Assembly: GCA_966095775.1 (NCBI GenBank)
Contig: CBHTTS010000001.1
Location: forward strand, 4,408 to 68,407
DNA length: 64,000 nt
Direction: 5' to 3'
From: an uncultured Variovorax sp.
GTDB taxonomy: Bacteria > Pseudomonadota > Gammaproteobacteria > Burkholderiales > Burkholderiaceae_C
Part shown: in pieces, positions 55,766 to 64,000 of the stretch
Position numbering within the stretch: the stretch's first letter is position 1
Layout: each line of letters begins with the position of its first letter
The notes under the pieces: generated by a model
What the model was told of the DNA's origin: nothing
The model's database searches: none
What the model saw: only the letters and a program-made list of their open reading frames with translations
Translations under genes and position numbers: made by a program

Positions 55766-56548
55766 TCAAGACTTCCTTCTGAAAACGAGCCGGTCGGGCG
55801 CCGACGCCTCGGCGTCGAAACCATAACCCTCGAGGTCGAATTTTTCCAGCGCCCGCGGCGTGGCGGCCCGGTGCAGCACCGCCCAGCGCGCGAGCAGTCC
55901 GCGCGCACGCTTGGCATGGAAGCTCACGATCTTGTAGCGGTCGGTCTTCCACTCCTCGAACACGCATTCGACCACGCGGGCCTTGAGCGCCTTCAGGTCG
56001 ACGGCGCGGAAGTACTCCTGCGAGGCCGCGTTGACCACCACCGGCGTGCTGTCGGCCGCGAGCCGCTCGTTCAGGTGCTCCGCGATGCGCGCGCCCCAGA
56101 AGGCGTAGAGGTCCTTGCCGTGGCGGTTGGCCAGCGCCGTGCCCATCTCGAGCCGGTAGGGCTGCAGCAGGTCGAGCGGGCGCAGCACGCCGTAGAGGCC
56201 GCTGAGGATGCAGACGTGCGCCTGCGCCCATTCGAGTTGCGCGGGCGTGAGGGAGCGCGCGTCGAACCCGCCGTAGACGTCGCCGTCGAAGGCGAAGGCG
56301 GCCTGGCGCGCGTTCTTCGGCGTGCTCCTGCCCGACCAGGCCTGGTAGCGCGCCACGTTGAGCGCGGCGAGCTTGTCCGACAGGTGCATCAGCTCGGCGA
56401 CCTGCTGCGGCGTCTTCTCCCGCAGCAGACGGATGAGTTCGGTCGAGGGACCGCGCGGCGCCTCGAAGTGGGGGACGGTGGCGGGGATTTCGGCGGGAAC
56501 GGGGGTTTCGTAGTCGAGCGACTTCGCAGGGGAAAGCAGAAACAGCAT
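55766..56548 (-). CDS. yaaA: Peroxide stress protein YaaA
   Basis: LSPAKSLD, F.GDVY, SGLYG.LRPLD...YRLEMG, AS.EYF, AKRARG. Confidence 0.95.
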   Translation of the reverse strand: MLFLLSPAKSLDYETPVPAEIPATVPHFEAPRGPSTELIRLLREKTPQQVAELMHLSDKLAALNVARYQAWSGRSTPKNARQAAFAFDGDVYGGFDARSLTPAQLEWAQAHVCILSGLYGVLRPLDLLQPYRLEMGTALANRHGKDLYAFWGARIAEHLNERLAADSTPVVVNAASQEYFRAVDLKALKARVVECVFEEWKTDRYKIVSFHAKRARGLLARWAVLHRAATPRALEKFDLEGYGFDAEASAPDRLVFRRKS

Positions 56549-56655
56549 GGAGGAATTATCCGTGGCGGCCGTGACGCAGGGCCGGCCGGTAAAATCCCCC
56601 GATTCCACCCTGTCACCGACGGCACCCGAGGGTGCCGTTTTGCATTTGCATTGCG

Positions 56656-59553
56656 ATGAGCGAACCCACCACCCCCACCGCCCAGCCCGGTCTCGAGAGC
56701 CTGTCCAAATCCTTCGAACCCGCCGCCATCGAGGCGCACTGGGGCCCGGAGTGGGAAAAGCGCGGCTACGCGCGCGCCGGCTTCCGCGGCACGCAGCAGC
56801 CCAAGGACGGGGCGCCCTCGTTCGCGATCCAGCTGCCGCCGCCCAACGTGACCGGCACGCTGCACATGGGGCATGCGTTCAACCAGACCATCATGGACAG
56901 CCTCACGCGCTACCACCGCATGAAGGGCGACAACACGCTCTGGGTGCCGGGCACCGACCATGCGGGCATCGCGACGCAGATCGTGGTCGAGCGCCAGCTG
57001 CAGGAGCAGAAGATCAGCCGCCACGACATGGGCCCGACGCCCGCCGAGGCGCGCAAGAACTTCGTCGCCAAGGTCTGGGAGTGGAAGGAAAAGAGCGGCA
57101 ACACCATCACGCGCCAGATGCGCCGCATGGGCGACACGGTGGACTGGAGCCGCGAGTACTTCACGATGGACGAGGACCTCTCGAAGGTCGTGACGCAGAC
57201 CTTCGTCGCGCTCTACGAGGAAGGCCTGATCTACCGCGGCAAGCGGCTGGGCAACTGGGACCCGGTGCTCAAGACCTCGGTCAGCGACCTCGAGGTCGAG
57301 AGCGAGGAGGAGGACGGCTTCCTCTGGCACATCGCCTATCCGCTGGCGGACGGCAGCGGCGCGCTGACGGTCGCGACCACGCGGCCCGAAACCATGCTCG
57401 GCGACACCGCCGTGATGGTGCATCCCGAGGACGAACGCTACCGGCACCTCATCGGCGGGCAGGTGCGGCTGCCGCTCGTGGACCGGCTGATCCCGGTCAT
57501 CGCGGACGAGTACGTCGACCGTGAATTCGGCACCGGCGTGGTCAAGGTCACGCCCGCGCACGACTACAACGACTACGCCGTGGGCCAGCGCCACAAGCTC
57601 GAGCTGATCGGCATCCTCGCGCTCGACGCGACGATCAACGACAACGCGCCCGAGAAGTACCGCGGCATGGACCGATTCGTGGCGCGCAAGGCCGTGGTGG
57701 CCGACCTCGAGGCGCTCGGCCTGATGGTCGAGATCAAGAAGCACCGCCTCATGGTGCCGCGCTGCGCGCGCTCGGGCGCGGTGGTGGAGCCGATGCTGAC
57801 CGACCAGTGGTACGTCGCGATGACGCGACCGGGCGCCGACGGCCAGTCGATCGCGCAGAAGGCGATCGACGTGGTGAAGTCGGGCGAGGTGCGCTTCGTG
57901 CCCGAGAACTGGGTCAACACCTACAACCACTGGATGGAGAACATCCAGGACTGGACCATCTCGCGCCAGCTCTGGTGGGGCCACCAGATCCCGGCCTGGT
58001 ACGACGACGAGGGCAACGTATACGTGGCCCACGACGAGGCCGAGGCGCAGGCCAAGGCGCCCGGCAAGCAGCTTCGCCGCGACGAGGACGTGCTCGACAC
58101 CTGGTATTCGTCGGCGCTGGTGCCCTTCTCCTCGCTCGGGTGGCCCGAGAAGACGCAGGACCTCGCGCTCTACCTGCCCTCGAGCGTGCTCGTCACGGGC
58201 TACGACATCATCTTCTTCTGGGTCGCCCGGATGATCATGATGACCAAGCACTTCACGGGCAAGGTGCCGTTCCGCGACGTGTACATCCACGGCCTGGTGC
58301 GCGACGCGCAGGGCAAGAAGATGAGCAAGTCCGAAGGCAACGTGCTCGACCCCGTGGACCTGATCGACGGCATCGCGCTGCCCGAGCTGCTCGACAAGCG
58401 CACGCAGGGCCTGCGCCGCCCCGAGACCGCGCCCGCGGTGCGCAAGAACACGCAGAAGGAATTCCCCGACGGCATCCCGGCCTTCGGCGCCGATGCGCTG
58501 CGCTTCACCTTCGCGTCGCTCGCCTCGCTGGGCCGCAGCATCAACTTCGACAGCAAGCGCTGCGAGGGCTACCGCAACTTCTGCAACAAGCTCTGGAACG
58601 CCACGCGCTTCGTGCTGATGAACTGCGAGGGCCAGGACTGCGGCCTGCGCGAGCACACGAAGGAAGAGTGCGCGGTCGGCGGCCCCGCCCACGGCTACCT
58701 GCGCTTCAGCCGCGCCGACTTCTGGATCGTCTCGCAGCTGCAGCGCGTCGAGGCCGAGGTCGCGAAGGGCTTCGAGGAATACCGGCTCGACAACGTCGCG
58801 AACGCGATCTACCAGTTCGCCTGGGACGAGTTCTGCGACTGGTACCTCGAGATCGCGAAGGTGCAGATCCAGACCGGCGACGAGGCGCAGAAGCGCGCCA
58901 CGCGGCGCACGCTGATCCGCACGCTCGAGGCGCTGCTGCGCCTTGCGCATCCGGTGATCCCGTTCATCACCGAGGAACTGTGGCAGAAGGTGGCGCCGGT
59001 GGCCGGCCGCGGCGGCGAATCGATCATGGTGGCGGCCTATCCGCAGAGCCAGCCCGAGAAGATCGACGAGGCGGCCGAAGCGCACGTCGCGCGCCTCAAG
59101 GCGCTGGTGGACGGCTGCCGCACGCTGCGCGGCGAGATGAACGTCTCGCCCGCGACGCGGCTGCCGCTCTACGCCGTCGCGGACGACGCCGAGGGCGCGG
59201 CCTTCCTGCGCGATGCGGCGCCGGTGCTGCAGGCGCTCGCCAAGCTCAAGGAAGTGAAGGTCTTCGACGACGAGCCCTCCTGGGCCGCGGCGGCCGAGGC
59301 CGCACCGGTCGCGGTGGTGGGCGGCGCGCGCCTGTGCCTGCACATGGAGATCGACAAGGCGGCCGAGAAGCTGCGGCTGGGCAAGGAGATCGCGCGCGTC
59401 GAGGGCGAGATCCAGAAGGTCAACGGCAAGCTCGGCAACGAGGCCTTCGTGGCCAAGGCGCCGCCCGCCGTGATCGAGCAGGAACGTAAACGTTTGATTG
59501 ATTTCAGTGCCACTTTGGAACGTCTGCGGGACCAACTACAGCGCCTCGGCTGA
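56656..59553 (+). CDS. valS: Valine--tRNA ligase
   Basis: [37 protein letters not shown]-terminal coiled coil. Confidence 0.98.
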   Translation: MSEPTTPTAQPGLESLSKSFEPAAIEAHWGPEWEKRGYARAGFRGTQQPKDGAPSFAIQLPPPNVTGTLHMGHAFNQTIMDSLTRYHRMKGDNTLWVPGTDHAGIATQIVVERQLQEQKISRHDMGPTPAEARKNFVAKVWEWKEKSGNTITRQMRRMGDTVDWSREYFTMDEDLSKVVTQTFVALYEEGLIYRGKRLGNWDPVLKTSVSDLEVESEEEDGFLWHIAYPLADGSGALTVATTRPETMLGDTAVMVHPEDERYRHLIGGQVRLPLVDRLIPVIADEYVDREFGTGVVKVTPAHDYNDYAVGQRHKLELIGILALDATINDNAPEKYRGMDRFVARKAVVADLEALGLMVEIKKHRLMVPRCARSGAVVEPMLTDQWYVAMTRPGADGQSIAQKAIDVVKSGEVRFVPENWVNTYNHWMENIQDWTISRQLWWGHQIPAWYDDEGNVYVAHDEAEAQAKAPGKQLRRDEDVLDTWYSSALVPFSSLGWPEKTQDLALYLPSSVLVTGYDIIFFWVARMIMMTKHFTGKVPFRDVYIHGLVRDAQGKKMSKSEGNVLDPVDLIDGIALPELLDKRTQGLRRPETAPAVRKNTQKEFPDGIPAFGADALRFTFASLASLGRSINFDSKRCEGYRNFCNKLWNATRFVLMNCEGQDCGLREHTKEECAVGGPAHGYLRFSRADFWIVSQLQRVEAEVAKGFEEYRLDNVANAIYQFAWDEFCDWYLEIAKVQIQTGDEAQKRATRRTLIRTLEALLRLAHPVIPFITEELWQKVAPVAGRGGESIMVAAYPQSQPEKIDEAAEAHVARLKALVDGCRTLRGEMNVSPATRLPLYAVADDAEGAAFLRDAAPVLQALAKLKEVKVFDDEPSWAAAAEAAPVAVVGGARLCLHMEIDKAAEKLRLGKEIARVEGEIQKVNGKLGNEAFVAKAPPAVIEQERKRLIDFSATLERLRDQLQRLG

Positions 59554-59660
59554 CACAAGCAGGGCTGGACTAAGGGTTAGCATGGGGTAGGCGGCATCGC
59601 GCCGCCGGCCCCGTAGAACCTTTCTATTCTTCAACCGAACGAACAGACGCCGATTCGCCC

Positions 59661-60551
59661 ATGCCCACACCCTCGACACGCATCCGCAAGGCCGTATTCC
59701 CCGTCGCCGGCTTCGGCACCCGCTTCCTGCCCGCCACCAAGGCGCAGCCGAAGGAGATGCTGCCGGTCGTCGACAAGCCACTCATCCAGTACGCGGTCGA
59801 GGAAGCCTATGCAGCGGGCATCCGCGACATGATTTTCGTAACTGGCCGAAACAAACGTGCGATCGAAGATCACTACGACACGGCCTACGAACTCGAGAGC
59901 CAACTCGAGGCCAGCGGCAAGACCGCCCTGCTCGAGATCGCGCGCTCGGTGATGCCCGACGACATGACCTGCTCCTACGTGCGCCAGCCGCGCATGCTGG
60001 GCCTCGGTCATGCGGTGCTCTGCGCCGAGCACCTGGTGGGCAACGAGCCCTTCGCCGTGCTGCTCGCCGACGACCTGATGGTCGGGCCCGCGGGCGGCGA
60101 GCCGGTGCTCGCGCAGATGACGGCCGCGTTCGCCAAGCTCGGCGCCTCGGTGCTCGCGGTGCAGGAAGTGCCGCTCGAGCACGTCAAGCGCTACGGCATC
60201 GTGGCCGGCCAGCCGGCCGGCGAGGACCTGGTGAAGGTCGACCGCATGGTCGAGAAGCCCCAGCCCGACGCCGCGCCCTCGCGCCTCGGCGTCGCGGGCC
60301 GCTACATCCTCATGCCCGGCGTGTTCGAGGAGATCCGCAACCAGCCCAAGGGCGCAGGCGGCGAGATCCAGCTCACCGACGGCATCGCGGCGCTGATGAA
60401 GAAGGAACCGGTCTACGCCTATGCCTACAAGGGTACGCGCTACGACTGCGGCAGCAAGGAAGGCTTCCTGCAGGCGTCGGTGGAACTCGCGCTCGCGCAC
60501 CCCGAGGTCGGCGCGCAATTCCGCGAATACCTGCGCGGCCTCGAGCTCTGA
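59661..60551 (+). CDS. galU: UTP--glucose-1-phosphate uridylyltransferase
   Basis: [42 protein letters not shown]. Confidence 0.96.
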   Translation: MPTPSTRIRKAVFPVAGFGTRFLPATKAQPKEMLPVVDKPLIQYAVEEAYAAGIRDMIFVTGRNKRAIEDHYDTAYELESQLEASGKTALLEIARSVMPDDMTCSYVRQPRMLGLGHAVLCAEHLVGNEPFAVLLADDLMVGPAGGEPVLAQMTAAFAKLGASVLAVQEVPLEHVKRYGIVAGQPAGEDLVKVDRMVEKPQPDAAPSRLGVAGRYILMPGVFEEIRNQPKGAGGEIQLTDGIAALMKKEPVYAYAYKGTRYDCGSKEGFLQASVELALAHPEVGAQFREYLRGLEL

Positions 60552-60574
60552 TCGACGGCCGAGCCGATCCGCGC

Positions 60575-60601
60575 AAGGGCCCGCACGGGCCCTTTTCTTT
60601 T
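60575..60601 (+). terminator. Rho-independent terminator after galU (between convergent genes)
   Basis: AAGGGCCC-GCAC-GGGCCCTT stem-loop followed by TTCTTTT. Confidence 0.8.
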
Positions 60602-60608
60602 GCCCTGC

Positions 60609-60836
60609 TCAGCGCCGCTTCAGCACGTGGATGAAGTCGGTGCCGACCGTCTGCTGGTCGACGAGCTCGTTGCCGGTCTGGCGCGCGAAGGCCTGGAAGT
60701 CGCGCAGCGACCCCGGGTCGGTCGACACCACGCGCAGCAGCTGGCCGCTCGCCATCTCGTTGAGCGACTTCTTCGCCTTCAGGATCGGCAGCGGGCAGTT
60801 CAGGCCGCGTGTGTCGATTTCGCGATCAATTTGCAT
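60609..60836 (-). CDS. Sulfurtransferase TusA/SirA family
   Basis: DTRGLNCPLP, STDPGS..DF. Confidence 0.93.
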   Translation of the reverse strand: MQIDREIDTRGLNCPLPILKAKKSLNEMASGQLLRVVSTDPGSLRDFQAFARQTGNELVDQQTVGTDFIHVLKRR

Positions 60837-61404
60837 GCTTCGGTTCCTCGGGCGGCAGCACCAGGCCGCGCCGCCGCTCTTCGTTCTCGGCCGCGGTGAA
60901 GAACACCGGCTCGTGACCGCGCGTGCGCAGCCAGTCGGCCAGCGCATAGCCCGTGCCCGCCGGCCAGCACTTGAGCGCCGGCAGGTCGTAGAGGCGGTAG
61001 TCCACGAGCTCGGGCGAGAGCTTCACTTCGCCATCGGCCTCCACGTGGTACGCGATGATGACCTGGTTCATGCGCTGGAAGTCGTACACGCCCACGAGCT
61101 TCACGGCGCCGACGTCGAGGTTGGTCTCTTCCTTGACCTCGCGCGAGATGCCCTCCTCGGGCGTTTCGCCAGCCTCCATGAAGCCGGTGATCAGGGCGTA
61201 CATCTTCGCCGGCCAGGCGGCGTTGCGCGCCAGCAGCACCTGGCCGCGGTACTCGACGATGGCCGCGAGCACGGGCGTCGGGTTGTTCCAGTGCGTGTGG
61301 CCGCACGCGGGGCAGCGCAGCCGCTCCTTGGGGCCGCCGTCTTCCATCAGCGCGATCCATTCGAGCGGCGTCGCGCAGGCCTGGCAGAACTTGGGTTCGG
61401 GCAT
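60826..61404 (-). CDS. NUDIX hydrolase with N-terminal zinc ribbon
   Basis: FCQAC...CPACG, NP.P, GFMEAGETPEEGISREVKEETNL. Confidence 0.92.
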   Translation of the reverse strand: MPEPKFCQACATPLEWIALMEDGGPKERLRCPACGHTHWNNPTPVLAAIVEYRGQVLLARNAAWPAKMYALITGFMEAGETPEEGISREVKEETNLDVGAVKLVGVYDFQRMNQVIIAYHVEADGEVKLSPELVDYRLYDLPALKCWPAGTGYALADWLRTRGHEPVFFTAAENEERRRGLVLPPEEPKHAN

Positions 61405-61418
61405 CGCGTGGACCGGCC

Positions 61419-62321
61419 TCAGGCGGGGAACACGCCGGTCGACAGATAGCGGTCGCCGCGGTCGCAGACGACGAAGACGATGGTCGCGTTCTCGACCTTC
61501 TTCGCGACCTCGAGCGCCACCCACAGCGCACCCGCCGCGGAGATGCCGCCGAAGATGCCCTCCTCGCGCGCGAGGCGCCGGCACATCTCCTCGGCATCGG
61601 CCTGGCTCACGCTGATTTCCTCGTCGACGCGGCTCGGGTCGTAGATCTTCGGCAGGTACTCGGCCGGCCACTTGCGGATGCCGGGAATACGCGAGCCCTC
61701 GGCCGGCTGCGCGCCGACGATGCGCACCGCGGGGTTCTTCTCCTTGAGGAAGCGCGAGACGCCGGTGATGGTGCCGGTGGTGCCCATGGCGCTCACGAAG
61801 TGCGTGACCTTGCCCTTGGTGTCGGCCCAGATCTCGGGGCCGGTGGTCTCGTAGTGGATGCGCGGGTTGTCCGGATTGGCGAACTGGTCGAGCACCCGGC
61901 CCTTGCCCTGCGCCACCATCTGCTCGGCGAGGTCGCGCGCGTATTCCATGCCGCCGCTCTTGGGCGTGAGCACCAGCTGCGCGCCGAAGGCCTTCATCGT
62001 CTGGGCGCGTTCGACGGAGAGGTCCTCCGGCATGATCAGCACCATGCGGTAGCCCTTGATCACCGCCGCCATCGCGAGCGCGATGCCGGTGTTGCCCGAG
62101 GTGGCTTCGATCAGCGTGTCGCCGGGCTTGATCTCGCCGCGCTCCTCGGCGCGCTTGATCATCGAGAGCGCCGGCCGGTCCTTGACCGAGCCCGCGGGGT
62201 TGTTGCCTTCGAGCTTGGCGAGGATCACGTTGCCGCGCTTCGCGTTCTCGGCCGCGTCGATGCGCTGCAGCGCCACCAGCGGCGTCCTGCCGATGGCGTC
62301 TTCGATGGTCGGATAAGTCAT
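61419..62321 (-). CDS. cysM: Cysteine synthase B
   Basis: KLEGNNPAGSVKDR, EATSGNTG, MGTTGT, IPGIRKW, CDRGDRYLS. Confidence 0.95.
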   Translation of the reverse strand: MTYPTIEDAIGRTPLVALQRIDAAENAKRGNVILAKLEGNNPAGSVKDRPALSMIKRAEERGEIKPGDTLIEATSGNTGIALAMAAVIKGYRMVLIMPEDLSVERAQTMKAFGAQLVLTPKSGGMEYARDLAEQMVAQGKGRVLDQFANPDNPRIHYETTGPEIWADTKGKVTHFVSAMGTTGTITGVSRFLKEKNPAVRIVGAQPAEGSRIPGIRKWPAEYLPKIYDPSRVDEEISVSQADAEEMCRRLAREEGIFGGISAAGALWVALEVAKKVENATIVFVVCDRGDRYLSTGVFPA

Positions 62322-62362
62322 GGCAGGCACTGTGCCATAATTTTGGGCTTCCTTCCGGACGT

Positions 62363-62447
62363 GCCCGGGTGGTGAAATTGGTAGACGCAGGGGACTCAAA
62401 ATCCCCCACCGAAAGGTGTGCCGGTTCGATTCCGGCCCCGGGCACCA
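62363..62447 (+). tRNA. tRNA-Leu (CAA)
   Basis: GCCCGGG acceptor stem; D-loop GGTAG; anticodon loop CTCAAAA; long variable arm; GGTTCGATTCC; encoded CCA. Confidence 0.96.
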
Positions 62448-62647
62448 CGTCTTCACGGGCCTGATTTCGACGGTCCCCCCACCCTTCTCGCTTCGAGCGT
62501 TTCCGCGGACCGACCACGCTCTGCGAGAGGCAGCCGGCGAGCGCCTGCCCTCCCAGGCAGTTTTTCACGAAATCCCGATTCGCGCCGGCTCTCACGCCGT
62601 CGTGGACTGAACTCTTCTTCCTACAGCGGCGGTAAGCTGGATCCGAA

Positions 62648-62668
62648 AAATGTGAATCTTTCACATTT
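62648..62668. promoter_or_regulatory. AT-rich perfect palindrome (CRP-like half-sites, 5-nt spacing)
   Basis: AAATGTGAA-TCT-TTCACATTT, 10 nt upstream of ATG 62679. Confidence 0.55.
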
Positions 62669-62678
62669 GTTGAGTTCC

Positions 62679-63209
62679 ATGGAGACGAAGCGCCAAATGC
62701 CTGCGGTGGTTGACGATCGCCTCTCGCGCACGCCGATGGCCTGCCTGCTGCGTCTGATGCAGATGCGCCTCCCGACGAACGTGGTAGACCCGCAGGAGCT
62801 CAGACTCATTTCCCTGCTCAAGGCGACAGAGTTGATCGAGGCAGAGATCCATACAGCGCGCAGCGCCAAGGCGGGCCACTGGCAGTCCCGTGCCGCGACC
62901 GTCACGCGCATCACGGAGGACGGCTTCGCGGAGCTGACGAGGGTGGGCTTGGATCTGCTCAGGTCGGCAGGCCGCGCCGTCGGCAAGCGCGCCGGTCCGC
63001 TCGAATACCTCGCGTCGATCGCGGACTCTTCATTTCCGAGGCGCGTCGACAACCCGGTCGTAGTCGCGAACGTCTCGCTGCTCAAGGCCACAGGCTTGGT
63101 CGACGCCACGATCACTGCGGGATCCGAAGGGAGTTCGGACAGTCCCCGGCATGCGCTCATCCTGCGGATCACGGCGCGCGGCCGCGATCTGCTTGCCCGG
63201 CATGGATGA
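62679..63209 (+). CDS. Hypothetical protein made of two tandem ~75-aa repeats
   Basis: Both repeats contain P...L......P..V..P......SLLKAT.L..A.I...A...RIT..G; start uncertain. Confidence 0.7.
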   Translation: METKRQMPAVVDDRLSRTPMACLLRLMQMRLPTNVVDPQELRLISLLKATELIEAEIHTARSAKAGHWQSRAATVTRITEDGFAELTRVGLDLLRSAGRAVGKRAGPLEYLASIADSSFPRRVDNPVVVANVSLLKATGLVDATITAGSEGSSDSPRHALILRITARGRDLLARHG

Positions 63210-63257
63210 CGCCGGCTCCGCGAGTCATTGAAGACCTGCCTGCGGCTGCTTGACGTC

Positions 63258-63497
63258 ATGGCGAACCCGTTCATCCACTCTTCCGCAACGCCTTCGAACG
63301 GTTCAACCCGAAGGAAACGGCGCCTGTACATGTGCATCTTGCTTGCGGAGCTCACCGAGCTGCAAGCCAGGGCGAAGCTCGGCGACGGCGCCGCCATGCG
63401 GGTGCTGGACGTGCCGGACATCTGGCCCCGCTCGCCGCACACAGACCCGCGACCCGAAAATCACGGTCGCTGTGCGATTCCCGAATGGACCGTCTGA
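63258..63497 (+). CDS. Small hypothetical protein
   Basis: ORF with RRLYMCILLAELTELQARA helix; weak support. Confidence 0.4.
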   Translation: MANPFIHSSATPSNGSTRRKRRLYMCILLAELTELQARAKLGDGAAMRVLDVPDIWPRSPHTDPRPENHGRCAIPEWTV

Positions 63498-63626
63498 AGC
63501 TCCGCGATCGGCTTCGCGCATGAGCATTCCGTACTGCGGATCAACACTCTGCAGCTGGAGGCCTGCACGATCGAAAGGTATGCCGGTTCGATCGCAGCCC
63601 TCAAGACCATCCCAGCCAACGTTCCC

Positions 63627-63998
63627 TCAGCCGCCGCTCGCCTTGACCCCTTCCAGAGCCTGCGCAGGCATCCTCGCATTCGCGGCATGGCGATGCCCCC
63701 AGGCGGTCACCGGCTGCTCGATCCAGCGATACAGCAGATCGGCGATCAGGAGCGCCAGCATGAAGTTCGCGGCGAGCGCGAGCGGTCCCACGACCAGCCC
63801 CGGAAACACGGCCAGCAGCGCATTCCAGGCGACGTATTGCACGAGGTACAGCGCATAAGAGCGCCGTCCCACGAACACCAATGCGCGCGCAGCCAGCAAG
63901 CGGCTCACCAAGGTCGGGGCAATCAGGGAAGGCAGCCACAACGCGACCAGCACGCCGTACAGCAGGATCATCTCGTTCTCGCCCAGTCTTGCAGTGAT
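63627..63998 (-). CDS. Acyltransferase family 3 (OafA-like) protein, C-terminal part; start beyond window
   Basis: L.FVGRRSYALYLVQ and LYRWIEQP C-terminal motifs; frame open to window end. Confidence 0.8.
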   Translation of the reverse strand: MTARLGENEMILLYGVLVALWLPSLIAPTLVSRLLAARALVFVGRRSYALYLVQYVAWNALLAVFPGLVVGPLALAANFMLALLIADLLYRWIEQPVTAWGHRHAANARMPAQALEGVKASGG

Positions 63999-64000
63999 CG

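Noticed and set aside
54017-56548. yaaA-prolyl hydroxylase-hydrolase run upstream of queF as a novel pathway
   Set aside because: All are recognisable families and adjacency alone gives no functional link.
59494-59507. FNR-like TTGAT-N4-TTCAG in the valS 3' end
   Set aside because: Second half-site matches only 3 of 5 positions; too weak to call.
56389-59535. 1048-aa ORF antisense to valS, and similar long shadow ORFs (e.g. 7068-9773, 29136-31877, 34256-37105)
   Set aside because: Expected in ~70% GC DNA with strong codon bias; Arg/Ala/Gly-rich with no motifs; each lies opposite or out of frame to a clear gene.
1-64000. CRISPR arrays, rRNA, riboswitches, transposase or integrase genes
   Set aside because: No regularly spaced direct repeats or recognisable motifs seen by eye; a covariance-model (Rfam/Infernal) search was not possible.

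Overview
Very GC-rich (roughly 70% by eye) betaproteobacterial chromosome segment. Gene content and protein style suggest Comamonadaceae, probably Variovorax-like; this is inference. In order, it contains: a sulfoacetate catabolic cluster (IclR/SauR-like, Bug SBP, sauS, sauT, TauE exporter); DUF2272; a Phd-ParE/RelE toxin-antitoxin pair; an IclR-GMC oxidoreductase-MFS unit; an RpoE-ChrR singlet-oxygen module divergent from a furan-fatty-acid-type operon, with two visible sigmaE promoters; a TRAP transporter with a divergent AroQ paralogue; a degenerate SDR; a cyanate ABC transporter and cynS downstream of a PAS histidine kinase/UvrY-type regulator pair with two sigma54 promoters; lldD and kgtP; a secreted-esterase cluster (tannase-family lipoprotein with an extra C-terminal domain, a second hydrolase, two Bug SBPs); an RNase A-like toxin split from its CdiI-type immunity gene by an inverted gene; dinB; a 159-bp palindromic MITE with a TGA target duplication; topoisomerase IB, a pseudo-kinase and DUF3606; an acyl-CoA dehydrogenase/MmgE-PrpD pair converging on an arylmalonate decarboxylase operon; an internally deleted LysR relic; core genes (queF, yaaA, valS, galU, tusA, NUDIX, cysM); tRNA-Leu(CAA); and the start of a lower-GC accessory region. 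No CRISPR array, rRNA or transposase/integrase gene was seen. All family calls come from motif recognition by eye, not database searches.
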